A stretch of DNA of 64,000 nt. It comes from Mobula hypostoma (lineage: Eukaryota). Location of the stretch: the NCBI RefSeq assembly GCF_963921235.1, contig NC_086107.1:101248001-101312000 (forward strand), written 5' to 3'. A program made the position numbers and the translations under genes. Positions 10,880 through 23,397 of the stretch are shown here, in pieces (position 1 is the stretch's first letter; the number at the start of each line of letters is the position of its first letter). The notes below the pieces were generated by a model. That model saw nothing but the letters and a program-made list of their open reading frames with translations, ran no database searches and was not told the origin of the DNA.

Positions 10880-13636
10880 TGAAATTCTGAAAGTAGCCAG
10901 AATCTTGCCTACAAATTAGAAAGGGAGACAGAAAGGGCATGTAAAAAGGACAATGCTGTGATAGTCATGGGGGATTTCAATATGTAGGTAGATTGGGAAA
11001 ATCAGGTTAGTGCTGGATTCCAAGGGAGGGAATTTGTAGAATGCCTTTTCTACAAGATGGCTTTTTATAGCTGCTTGAGATCGAGCCAACTAGGGAAACG
11101 GCAATTCTGGATTGGTCGTTATGTAATGACCCAGATTTGATTAGTGAGCTTAAGCTAGAGGAACCCTTAGGAGGACAAAGATCATAGCATGATAGAATTC
11201 ATCCTGCCGCTGAGGTGCAGAAGCTAAAATTTGATGTATCTGTAATGAGAATTACACAGAGAGAGGAGCTGGCCAAAGTTAATTGAAAGGGGACACTAGC
11301 AGGGATGACGGCAGAATAGCAATGGCTGGAGTTTACAGGGGAAATTCAGAAGGCACAGGAAAGATACATCCCAAAGATGAGGAAGTAGTCTAAGGGGAGG
11401 ATGAGACATCTGTGGCTGACAAATGAAGTCAAAGACAGCATAAAAGCTAAAGAGAGGGCATATAGTAGAACAAAAATTAATGAGAAGGTAGAGGATTGGG
11501 AAGCTAATGAAAATCAACAGAAGGCAACTAAAAAAGCCATAGAGATCGGAAAGATGAAATATGAAGGTATGCTAGTCAATAATATAAAAGAGAATATCAA
11601 AAATTTTTTCCAGATATAGAGGGATAAGAGTGGTTATTGGACCACCAAAAAATGATGCTGGAGAGGTAGTAATGGAGGCAGAGAAATAGCAGATGAACTG
11701 AATAAGCATTTTGCATCAGTCTTTGCTGTGGAAGACAATAGCAGAATGCCAGAAATGCGAGAGTGTCAGGGTACAGTGTCGTTGCTAAGGAGAAGCTGCT
11801 TGGGAAGCTGAAAGGTCTGAAGGTAGATAAGCCACCTGAACCGGATAGAACCCAGGGTTCTGAAAGAGGTAGCTGTAGAGACCGTGGAGGCTTGAAAATG
11901 ATCCTTCAAGCATCACTAAATTCTGGAATGGTTCCTGAAGACTTGAAAATAGCAAATATTATTCCACTCTTCAAGGAAGGAGGGAGGCAGAAGAAAGCAA
12001 ATTGTAGGCCAGTTTACCTGACTTCAGTGGTTGGAAAGATGTTGGAGCCTACCAATAAAGATGAGGTAACACACATCAAAGTTGCTGGTGAACGCAGCAG
12101 GCCAGGCAGCATCTCTAGGAAGAGGTACAGTTGACATTTCGGGCCGAGACCCTTCGTCAGGACTAACTGAAAGAAGAGCTAGTAAGAGATTTGAAAGTGG
12201 GAGGGGGAGGGGGAGATATGATCTCGGCCCGAAATGTCGACTGTACCTCTTCCTAGAGATGCTACCTGGCCTGCTGCGTTCACCAGCAACTTTGATGTGT
12301 GTTTCTTGAATTTCCAGCATCTGCAGAATTCCTCGTGTTTGAGTAAAGATGAGGTGTCAGATTACTTGGAGGCACGTGACAAAATGGGCCAAAGTCAGCA
12401 TGGCTTTCTAAAGGGGAAATCTTGCCTGACAAATTTGTCGGAAGTCTTTGAAGAAATAACAGGCAAAGGAGAGTCGGTAGATGTTAGTTAATTGGATTTT
12501 CAGATGGCCTTTGACAAGGTGCTGCACATGAGGCCGCTTAACAAGGGCCCATGGTATTATAGGAAAGATACAAGCATGGATAGAAGATTAGCTGACTGGC
12601 AGAAGGCAAAGAGTGGAAATAAAGAGAGCCTTTTCTGGCTGGCTGCCGGTGACCAGTGGTGTGCTGCAGGGGTTGGTGATGGAACCATTTCCTTCTTCAT
12701 TATCTATCAATGATTTGGATGATGGAATTGACAGCTTAGTGGATGATATGAAGATAGGTGGAGGGGCAGAAAATGTTGAGGAAACGGAAGGAGCTGGACA
12801 GATTGAGGGATTGGTGAAAGAAGTAACTAGAATACAGTGTCAGGAAGTGTATGGTCATGCACTTTGGTAAAATAAATAAAAACGTAGACTATTTTCTAAA
12901 TGGGAAGAAAATTCAAAAATCAGAGGTGCAAAGGGACTTGGGTGTCCTCATGCAAGATTCCCTAAAGGTTAACTTGCAAGTTGAGTCAGTGTTATGTAAG
13001 GCAAATGCAATGTTAGCATTCATTTTGGGAGACCTGGAATACAATAGCAAGGATGTAATGCTGAGGCTTTATGAGGGATTGGCCAGACCAAGCTTGGAGT
13101 ACTGTGAGCAGTTTTGGGCCCCTTATCAAAGAACAGATGTGCTGACATTGGAGAGGGTCCAGAGGAGGTTCACAAGAATGAAAGAGTTAACCTGTGAGAA
13201 GCATTTAATGGTTCTGGGCCTGTACTCACTAGAGTTTAGAATGGTTGGGGGGGGGCATGGAGAATCTCATTGTAGCCTATCAGATATTGAAAGGCCTAGA
13301 TAGAGTGGATGTGGAAAGGATGTTTCCCATAGCGGGGCAGTCTTGGACTGGAGGACACAGCCTCTGAGTTGAGCTATGTCCATTTAGATCAGAGTTGAGG
13401 AAAAATCTCTTTTGACAGAAGGTGGTGAATCTGTGGAATTCATTGCCACAGACGACTGTGCAGGCCAAGACAATGTGTACATTTAAGACAGAGTTCTTGA
13501 TTAATCAGGACGTCAAAGATTATGGGGAGAAGGCAGAAGAATGGGGTTGAGAGGGATGATAACTCAGCCAAGATGGAATGGCAGAGCAGACTCGATGGTT
13601 CGAATGGCCTAATTCTGCTTCTATGTCTTATGGTCT
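10880..13636 (+). mobile_element. CR1 LINE ORF2 relic (endonuclease end, RT, 3' tail)
   Basis: GDFN, ANIIPLFK.G...NCRPV.LTSVVGK, SQHGFLKGKSCLTNL, DFQ.AFDKV, SGV.QG, RDLGV, LEYC.QFWAPY, LERVQRRFTRM motifs; frameshifted. Confidence 0.92.
12068..12343. mobile_element. Penelope-like inverted pLTR insertion with 12-bp TSD, inside CR1
   Basis: TAAAGATGAGGT at 12056-12067 and 12344-12355; ~82-bp inverted arms 12068-12149 / 12222-12303. Confidence 0.88.
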
Positions 13637-14789
13637 AATTCAGCAGTCCACAGCAGTTCATCTCCATCCTGTGCTTCTTCCATGAAGGCGTGAAACTATG
13701 ACCCCAACCAATGGATGTGCAATGGACCAATCTCAGTGAAGACCAGTGCCAAACAAGGCTGCACCAGAACTTCTTGCTACAATTTTGTGCCTCACCTCCC
13801 ACACACATCCCTTACAGCACAACTACTGAAAAAACTGTTCACTACATGCCAGAACAAAGATCACTCAAACTTTAAAGATATAGAATTCTTTTAAGCTTTT
13901 TTTTTGTCACAAATGTTAGCTTCTTTGCCTCGGCCATCAGATTTCTGAATGGACATTGAACCCGTGAAAACTACCTCATTACTTTTTAATTTCTGTTCTT
14001 GCACCACTTATTTTAACTATTTAATATGCATATATATTACTGTAATTCATTTTTGTTCTATTATCATGTATTGCATTGTACTGCTGCCGCAAAGTTAACA
14101 AATTTCAGACACACGCGGGTGATGTTAAACCTGATTCTAATATTGCAGCATAAATGAAATGAGTTGTTTGCGTCACATTAAATCAGTGAGGATTGTACTG
14201 GGGGGCAGCTTGCAAGTGTTGCTATGCTTCCGATGTCAACACAGCACGTCCAGACCTTTCCTGTCCTAACCTGCATGCTTTTGGGATAGGGGAGGAAACC
14301 AGAGCACTTGAGAAAACCCACGCGGTCACGAAGAGCAAGTACAAACTCCTCAAAGACCGTGGTGGGAATCGAACCCTGATCCTACAGCTAGCGCTGTAGT
14401 AGTGTTAAGCTAACCACCGGGCTACCAACTTTGGTGGCGGAGCCGTGCTTCTCATTTTGGTCCGCGCCTGGGGGACGAAATCCAAGTCACCACCAACACT
14501 TTCACTGAAGTGTTCAAGATCCAGGTCCTCAACCAGCCTGACCCTTCTGCCCCACACAGAGAACCCCTTACAAAACGACGGCTCGTGGCAAGATCCTCCT
14601 AAACTTCCTGTTTCTTGGCAGTCCCTGTTTGACAAAGGTTTATTATTGTCACATGTACTGAGATACAGAGGAAAACTTTGTTTTGTATGCCATCCAATCA
14701 GATCACTCCAAACATAAGTACTTCGAGGTGGCACCAAGAGGAAATAATCTTATAGTTGCAGAGAAAGTACCGAGTACGTAGACAATAAG

Positions 14790-15801
14790 AATAGTCATAG
14801 AAGTCATAGTCATACTTTATTGATCCCGGGGGAAATTGGTTTTCGTTACAGTTGCACCATAAATAATTAAATAGTAATAAAACCATAAATAGTTAAATAG
14901 TAATATGTAAATTATGCCAGATGGAAATAAGTCCAAGACCAGCCTATTGGCTCAGGGTGTCTGACCCTCCAAGGGAGGAGTTGTAAAGTTTGATGGCCAC
15001 AGGCAGGAATGACTTCCTATGACGCTCTGTGCTGCACCTCGGTGGAATGAGTCTCTGGCTGAATGTACTCCTGTGCCCGCCCAGTACATTATGTAGTGGA
15101 TGGGAGACATTGTCCAAGATGGCATGCAACTTGGACAGCATCCTCTTTTCAGACACCACCGTCAGAGAGTCCAGTTCCATCCCCACAACATCACTGGCCT
15201 TACGAATGAGTTTGTTGATTCTGTTGGTGCCTGCTACCCTCAGCCTGCTGCCCCAGCACACAACAGCAAACATGATCGCACTGACCACCATAGACTCATA
15301 GAATATCCTCAGCATCGTCCGGCAGATGTTAAAGGACCTCAGTCTCCTCAGGAAATAGAGACGGCTCTGACCCTTCTTATAGACAGCCTCAGTGTTCTTT
15401 GACCAGTCCAGTTTATTGTCAAATCGTATCCCCAGGTATTTGTAATCCTCCACCATGTCCACACTGACCCCCTGGATGGAAACAGGGGTCACCGGTACCT
15501 TAGCTCTCTTCAGGTCTACCACCAGCTCCTTAGTCTTTTTCACATTAAGCTGCAGATAATTCTGCTCACACCATGTGACAAAGTTTCCTACCGTGGCCCT
15601 GTACTCAGCCTCATCTCCCTTGCTGATGCATCCAACTATGGCAGAGTCATCAGAAAACTTCTGAAGATGACAAGACTCTGTGCAGTAGTTGAAGTCCGAG
15701 GTGTAAATGGCGAAGAGAAAGGGAGACAAGACAGTCCCCTGTGGAGCCCCAGTGCTGCTGATCACTCTGCCGGACATACAGTGTTGCAAGCACACGGTCA
15801 T
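14790..15801 (-). mobile_element. Young 5'-truncated Rex1/Babar LINE; open 285-aa RT C-terminal ORF (14944-15801)
   Basis: TGAPQGTVLSPFLF, KFSDDSAIVG, LQLNVKKTKELVVD, YKYLG, RLYFLRRLRSF motifs; (TATGAC)n tail. Confidence 0.92.
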
Positions 15802-16509
15802 GAATCAAGGGTCATGATGAGGGAGATTGGGAAATCAAGAGTTCAGAGTGAGAATCACTTTCATTATCACTGGCACTTGTTGTGAAATTTATGCAAGACA
15901 TAAGATTACTGTAAGATTCAATAAGTAAATAAATACATAATAGAAAAAAAAGAGTGAAATAGTGAGGTTCACAGTTTCATGGACCAGTCAGAAATCTGAC
16001 GCTGGAGGGGGAAGAAATTGTTCCTAAAAAGCTGAGTGTGATTCTCCTCCCTGATGGTAGTGATGAGAAGAGGGTGTGCCTCAGATGGCGAGGGTTGTTA
16101 ATGATGGACTCTGCCTTCCTGCGGCACTGTCTTTCGAAGGTGTGCTTGACGGTAGGGAAGGTTTTGCCCGTGACAGAGAGCACTAGAGCTTCCATACTAG
16201 GCAAAGATGCAACCTGTCATAATGCTCTCCAAAGTACATCTGCAGGGATTTATCATACAAGAGGCCTGTCCTGGAGGGCAGAATCTGTCCTTGGGATTGG
16301 AACATCGCCAGATCTGGAGGCAGATTTCAGCAAACGTTGTTATTAATTCTTAAAGTCATAGAACTGAGACTTAAAAGAACCATTACAATAGATGTTATGA
16401 ATTGATATGCTAAGAGCAGCTAGCAAGGAGTCGCTACGCTCCAGTGGCATGCAGTGGAGTTCACCTCTGCCTTCAGGACTCCCATGTAGCCATTGTGTTT
16501 CCCTGAGAG

Positions 16510-17170
16510 TGGTGTCATAGGTAGATAGGTGGCAAAGGCAGAGCTTGGCATGCTGGCCTCCAGTCAGGGGCACTGAGTCCAGAAGTTGGGATGTTATACT
16601 GCAGACATATAGGATGCTGGTGAAACCATATTTGGAGTATTATGTTCAGTTTTGGTCAGCCTGCTAAGCTGGAAAAAGGGCAGAAGAGATTTACAAGGAT
16701 GCTGTCAGGACTCAGAGGACTGAGTTATTGAGAGAGGTTGAGCAGGTTGGGACTTTGAGTGTAGGAGAATGAGGTGCTTAAAATCCTCGGGGTATAGTTA
16801 ATGTGCAGTCTTTATCCAGGGGTTGAGGAATCAAGAACCAGTGGGCATAAGTTTAAGGGGAGAGGGGAAAGGTTTAACACAGACCTGAGGGGCAATTCCT
16901 TTTCACCCAGAAAGATGTTTCCAGTTGGAATGAACTACCAGAGGAAGAGGCAAATGCAGGTACTTTATCAAAACTTGAAAGGTACCTGGACATGTGATTG
17001 TTGGGAAAGGTATACAGCAGAGGTTGCCATTCTGTGGCCCATGGATTTCTACAGCATAAAAAAGGTTGGGAACCCCTGGTTTAGAGGGATATGGGCCCAA
17101 TGCAGGCAAATGGGACTAGCTTAGTTAAGGATCTTGGTTAGCATGAACCAGTGTGACACAGGCCTGTTTC
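16510..17170 (+). mobile_element. CR1 LINE 3' fragment
   Basis: CR1 C-terminal motifs (LEY.VQFWS, SRT.GHKFK.RGERF) and TATGATTCT tail. Confidence 0.75.
17018..17078. mobile_element. Tiny hAT-type MITE
   Basis: CAGAGGTTGCCA...GGTTGGGAACCCCTG termini; degenerate 8-bp TSD GTATACAG/GTTTAGAG; related copies at ~21700 and 34914. Confidence 0.65.
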
Positions 17171-17171
17171 T

Positions 17172-17660
17172 ACACTGTATGATTCTGTGAATTGAATTGA
17201 CTTTATTACTTATATCCTTCATATACATGAGTAAAAATCTTTACATTACATCTCCGTCTAAATGTGCAGTGTGCAATTTACAGTAAAATATAATAAATAG
17301 TATGTTCCACAGGACAGTCAATATAACATAGAAATACAGTTGTGTCAGCATGAATTAATCATTCTGATGACCTGATGGAAGAAGCTGTCCCAGAGCCTGT
17401 TGGTCCTGGCTTTTATGCTGCAGTACTGTTTCCCGGATGGTAGCAGCTGGAACAGTTTGCGGTTGGGGTGACTCGGGTCCCCAATGATCCTTCGGGCCCT
17501 TTTTACACGCCTGTCTTTGTGAATGTCCTGAATAGTGGGAAGTTCACATCTAGAGATGCCTGGGCTGTCCGCACCACTCTCTGCAGAGACCTGCGATTGA
17601 GGGAAGTACAGTTCCCATACCAGGCAGTGATGCAGCCAGTCAGGATGCTCTCAGTTGTGC
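17172..17660 (-). mobile_element. Rex1/Babar-like LINE 3' fragment
   Basis: ESILTGCITAWYGNC...LQRVVRTAQ motif; (TCAAT)n tail on minus. Confidence 0.8.
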
Positions 17661-17699
17661 TCAATTTTGCTCTAACTGATGACAAGGATATTTGGAGAT

Positions 17700-18200
17700 T
17701 GATACCTCAGTGCTCACACTTATTTTATGGCCTCCCCCGTGTTTCGGAGACTCGGGCCATCCACACTAAACACCTGCAGCCACTGCAGAGACACCACCGA
17801 AATAAGTTTCTCCAAATACACTCGAAGAGTAAACGAGTCAGCCCCCTCGCCCAGCACTGAGGCCCTAGGCTGTGATGGGAAAATGGAGTCAGTCACAGAC
17901 TGAACCCTACACTCCAAGAACAGACACTCCATTCCTGAGAAGAGGTTAGCAGGGAGACAATGGAAAAGTTTCAAGGTCCGCTCCAATGGATGAAGCGGCG
18001 CACTGGCTCCTGGGAACCTCTGGGCGTGACTGGTTAGAGTGAGGGAGATGGTATTGAGACCCTCGAGTTTGTGCATTGGGAATGTGAGGCGGGACAAATA
18101 CATGGCCTCGCTCATCCGCCTTCACCCTTCTGCTAAGCATATTCTGGGGGAGTATCTGGCAGGAGCCAGTTACCTTATAGAACCACGGAGCAGGCAAGGG
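17700..18200 (+). mobile_element. Ancient RTE-clade LINE relic
   Basis: Degenerate LFYG..SET...HLQPLQRHH..KFLQIH...KFQGPL...WEPL pattern of the RTE C-terminus; similar relics at ~3020-3450 and ~13640-13800. Confidence 0.5.
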
Positions 18201-20450
18201 AGTCTTGGTAATGAGGAGCTGCCAAAGAAGATCTGGGGTAGCGGTTAGCGCAATACTTCACAGCGCGAACTGGGAAATCACTAGGGGTTCAATGCCTGCC
18301 GAAATCTATGAAGAATTTACACGTTCTCTCCGTGACTGCACGGGTCTCCTCTGGGCGCTCCGGTATTCCCCCCCCCCCCACCACCCACCCCCCATATGTC
18401 AGAGGTTTGAGATAGTTTGCGGGCATAATATGTTGGCACTGGAAGCATGGCGACACCAGCAGGATGCCCCAGCGTTAGAAGGCAGTCCTACTCCCCCTCC
18501 CCGTCTCCTCCCGATTCACCTCTCTGACAGTACCAGATGCTGAAAATTCTGCTCCCACGTCTTATAGTCTTTTGGTGTTATGAAAATGTCCAGCAGTGCG
18601 GTCTCCCCGAGGATGAAGGCACTGTCTGTCGGGAATCCTTCTGATAATCCACAGCTCCCTTGGTATCCTGAGGGAGTGGGAACCACTGCAGCCGAGGGAA
18701 CACCAGAGGTGACATGAGTGGAGTCAATGCTGCCAGTGATGGTGGGAAGGAAGATCCTGAGATCCCACCTGCTCCTCAAGTCAGAATCAGGATTTCTATC
18801 ACTGGCATATGTCATGAAATTTGCTGTTTTGCACCTGGGAGGTCACTCCAGTACCCCAGTGAGTGGCAAACCGGGGAACACAGAGATCGGATGAAGTTGC
18901 TGGGAAAGATCTCGAGGCAATGAAATGGGGAGTCGACGTTGTCTTGGTCTCCACTGAGAAAGCTAGCACAGCCAAGGATTTCGCGAAACGTCACATATCT
19001 CTGTGGAAGACCCAAGCCCGTGAATAGGTTGCTCATCGGAGAGGTCCCGCTGTGAGGTGGTGGTGGGGGGGGGGGGCGGGGGGGGGAGGCTCTTCACAGT
19101 TGGAGCAACACACAAAGAGCCGGAGGAACTCAGCGGGGCAGGCAGCAACCATGGAGGGGAATAGAAGACAGCCAGTGTTTCAGACCAAGACCCTTCAGCT
19201 GGGCTTATCTGACCCACTGAGCTCCTCCAGCGCTTCGTGTCTCGCTCCAGATTCCAGCGTCTGCAGTCTCGGGAGATACTTGCCTTTGCCTCTCCAACCC
19301 CCAGATCCCGGATCCCTCTGCCCAGCGGACCGTAATGGAGAGGTGTCGGTGCTGTCACTGACTGAGCAGGTCACCGGGGTCCTTTGTCACACAGTACAGA
19401 ACCAGGCCCAGGCCAGCCACCTGGTTTGCAGCATTCCGGCGTAAGTTCCATTTCATCCCGATCAACAGCTTCTACCACACTTCCGTCAATTTACAGTGGC
19501 ATCTTTGGGATGCGGGCAGTAACTGGAGCCAGGGGATCACAGGTAGAGCATGCAAACTCCACATAGACAGCGGCAGCATTGAACCCAAGCTGCTGGAGCT
19601 GCTCTCCCAGCTGTGCCTCCCGAGGGTCAGGCCTCACTGACAGACCCTCTGACCATTTGCCAGAAACAGGTCCCATACGAAAATCTAAAATATATCTAAA
19701 ATATATTTGGCCAGGTACATAGACTGGAAAGGTTTAGAGGGATAGGGGCCAAACGTGGGGATGGGGGGAAGACGTGAGCATCTGGGGTTAGCATGCATCG
19801 AGCTGGGCTGAATGGCCGTGATGTATGACTCAATGACGTCACTCCTGAGGCACACACCAGATATCAGCTGACGGACGGCAGGGAGGTCCAATTTCCCAAT
19901 GAATACGCAATTACTCAGAACTTGGGATTTTAAAATAATGTGTGTTTGTGGGGGAGAAAACTGTCTGCTCGTTGGGCACTGGCCTTGTAATTAATTCCGA
20001 TGAAGGAACTCAACCCAAAACATTGTCTGTACATTTCCCTCCAGATTTACTGCCGGACCCGCTGAGGTCCTCCGGCGTTTTACGGATTGCTGCAGATTTC
20101 CAACATCTACGGTCTTCCTTGCGTAATTGGTTTATTATCATGATGTCTGGCGAGATACAGTTTAAGATCTTACGTTTACATGCCATCCAGACATATCGTT
20201 TTACACCTAGGTACATCGAGGTGGTACAAAGGGTTAAAGATAAACCGAAGTGTAACAGTTACAAAGTGCAGTGCAGATAGACAAATAAAGCGCATCGGTT
20301 AAGGTAAAGTAGATTGAGAGATCAAGAGTTTACGGCGTGAAAGGATTGGGATTCAACTGGAGGCAGGGCCACACCAAAATCCGATCTGTCTCCGCGGACT
20401 CGGGAGGGGTCCCGGGTCAGATTTGGGTGCCTGCCCCACCTAAGGCGTGT

Positions 20451-20525
20451 GGCATGCTGGGATTTGTAGTTCAGCAACGGGAGGCTCAAACCTAGGAGCA
20501 AGAGTTACTACACTTCCCAGGGCAC
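20451..20525. promoter_or_regulatory. Two divergent ZNF143/THAP11 (ACTACAnnTCCCA) motifs
   Basis: Minus: GAACTACAAATCCCAGCATGCC (20451-20472); plus: ACTACACTTCCCAGGGCAC (~20507-20525). Confidence 0.7.
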
Positions 20526-21054
20526 TTTGCGCGGGTGGCTCGTCCCCGGTGCTTTGAAGTCGCTTCACCAGTACGGGGAGCTGGGTTGCTCTCGCTTCTC
20601 AATCGCAGCAAAAAAAAAGGGTGGGGGGGGGGGCAAACATTTAGGAAGGGAGGGAGGGCCAGGAATTGCTGCCCGGGGTGTAAGCTGCAGGAACTATTCA
20701 TCCGAACGCTGTAAGTGTCTGCAAATTGCAAAATCCAATGCAGTCCCAGACAGTTTTACATCCCAACAGCCCGGGAGACCAGTCCTGTACTGGCTTCTTA
20801 GAGGGATTAAACTGTTCCACATTTCCTCTCCTTTCCCCATCGCTCTGCAGATAATTTTTCACTTTTCAGTCGTGGCTTCTAGATTGTCCCGCATTCGACA
20901 AGTGTTAAACTTCCTCGCGGACATTTAATCAGACCTTACTTCTATATAAAACAGGGAATGCAATGAAATAGTACAGTGCTACTCAACTTTAATCGACACC
21001 ACGCAACCTTCCTCAATGGATGTTTGACTCACCGCAACCTCAAGGGAAGACGAG

Positions 21055-21148
21055 CCAATAGGAATGCGCAGGGTCGTCTTAGAGCGGCTGCCATTGGACG
21101 TGCCAGCAGATACGGTTCATTCAACCTGAGGGTGTGACTGCTTAAATA
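21055..21148 (+). promoter_or_regulatory. CCAAT + inverted CCAAT + TATA-like cluster
   Basis: AGCCAATAG (CCAAT at 21055), ATTGG (21093), TTAAATA (21142), in CpG-retaining sequence. Confidence 0.4.
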
Positions 21149-21169
21149 GAACAGACGGCGGCGAGAGCT

Positions 21170-22110
21170 ATGTCAAAGAAAGAGGGACAGAAAGAAAGAA
21201 AAACGCAGCGAGAATAGATTGAAATGGGAGGAGAGACGAGATGGAAAGTAAAGTTAAGGGTGGAAAATAAACGAGGCCAGCAGTAAGAAAGTTACAGTAA
21301 GAAGGATTGAGAGAATGGACAAGATGCAAGGGGGCGGCGGGTGGGGGGAAGAGGCCGGGGCGAAAAGGGAGAGAGGGGCAGAGAAGAGGAACAGGGCATA
21401 AGTTGAAGACGGCACGGGGGGGGGGCAAAAATTGCAAATCTGGGGAGTTGAGAAAGAAGGCACAGAAAGAGAGTGTGGAGGAAGAGAACACAAAAAGAGA
21501 ATGGGGGAAGAGGGTGGAGAGCGAGAGACAGCAGAGAGAGAGAGACTGGAAAAGAGAGCGGAGAGAACGGCCAGGAGAGTGAAGTACGAGAACAGAGAGA
21601 GATAGTTCGGAGGATGAGGGCAGAAAGAAAGGAGCAAGTGGGCAGAGTGTGGAGAAAGGGCACAAGAGCAGAGAGAGAGGGAGAGAGAGATGGTAGATCG
21701 GGGCTTCCCAACCCTTTTTAATGTCATGGACCAATACTATTCAGCAAGGGCTCCGTGGAACCCTGGTTGGGAACCCCTGCAGTATAGGAAGGGGCCACAG
21801 AGTGAGATAATGGAGGAAGGAGGGAGCGAGAGAGAGAAAGAGGGCAGATGGAGTGAAGAGCGTTGGGGATGATAACATACATTTCTTTCTTCACGTCTCG
21901 CCTCTGACTCCACTAAGAGTACAGGGAGAGGACGAGAGACGAGATGGAAGTGGGGCAGGGGTGTGCGCCACAGAAGACGGGGAAAGTTTGCGGGGTCGGG
22001 GGGCGGAGGTAGAGGAAGGGAAATGATATGAGAGGAAGGATCGGAAAGTCGCTTTCGAACAAAGGTCCAGCGATCGGAGACAAGGAGATGAAAGACGGCT
22101 GAAGTGATAA
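21170..22110 (+). repeat. Purine-rich low-complexity tract (~0.9 kb)
   Basis: Strong A/G bias on the plus strand; interrupted by a small hAT MITE at ~21700-21780. Confidence 0.85.
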
Positions 22111-23397
22111 AGCAATCAATTTAAACACGGGGAATTCTGCAGATGCTGGGCAGGCGGACGGAAGGATGGAGCTAAATTAGTTGAGGGATGGATAGCAGCC
22201 TTGTGTCACAGCCCCCAAGCAGTTTAACCAGTTTTTCCCCCAAGTAAAGTTTTGACTTTGGAAGTGGTCCATTAGGCTTTGGTGTGGAGGATCTTCCCTG
22301 GCTTTAAATCGAGTAGGATAGTGTCCTGGTGTTCCAGGGCAAAAGCCCCCAGCCTGAAATAATTTGACACAACGTGTGTTTGTTTAAAGCGAAGAACACA
22401 GTAACACCGCCCGTTTATACCGCGCATTTCAAACGGTAGGGAGGGAAGTGCATATTTCCAAGTCAAATCTTCCCCGCTCCCAGTGACATCTGCAATCAGT
22501 TCCCCTCACAATAAAACAATTACAACACTTAACGTTGGTAGCTCGTACCGAAGAAGTTGCTTAATTTAAAGAGATTAATAAACCTGGGGTTCCTGGTTTA
22601 AAACTGTTAAAATAACACAATCCAAGATGGCGATCGCGCTAATCTATAAGGAGATGCCTTTCCACTTTATAACTCTCCTCTCTTTATGCAAGACACTTGT
22701 GTCTGCCCAAGTGCAACGTAACTCTGCATTTAACAAGTTGCCCCTGCTAAGATAAACTTAACCAAATTGCAATTGTTGGTCCCGGCCCGGACGCTCCGAC
22801 GCAGAACCGACAGAGTAAACAACTTGCCATTCACTTCATTGCAAATCCCTGCTCGTCTAGCCCCGTGTATTTATGTCGGGAAGATGACAGTGCACAGTTA
22901 ACCCGCTCCAAAATTCGTCTCCTCTCGACTTGCTGACCCTCTCTGGAACTTTTAAATTAAGTTCTCTGCAATGCCGCCGGAGCTCTGATGCTGAGCAACT
23001 CCGGGTCTGCAAAGAATGAAACGCATTTCACAGTTCAGCCGATTAATCCCTCCCTACGCATTATTTTTTAAAAAGAAATAAAAGTGCCCCCAGGGCTCCG
23101 ACTTGCTGATAACGGGACTGTTACAGGGATCAAGCACCGAAATCAAATTCAAACCCCTTCCAGCTTCTACCCCCAATTTTAGACCCCGTTAAAGACTTCA
23201 GCAGCAAAAGACGAAGAGCTTTGAACCTTCGGTCAGCCCGGAGTGCAGGTTTACAAAACACCGAAACAGAGTCGCAAAGCCACCAACAAAGCATCGAGAT
23301 ATGTTCTTTAAACTTCAAAGCAGTCCCAAGCAGCACCCATTCCACACATTGCACGAGTTTGAAACTCGTTTAAAATTAATTGTAAATAAAATAGTGA

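Noticed and set aside
12068..12303. DNA-transposon MITE interpretation of the 82-bp inverted arms
   Set aside because: The TSD lies 40 nt beyond the right arm and the sequence matches the Penelope pLTR, so it is a retroelement inversion.
21168..21734. Long Leu/Ser/Pro/Phe-rich ORFs on minus
   Set aside because: Stop-poor by-product of the polypyrimidine strand.
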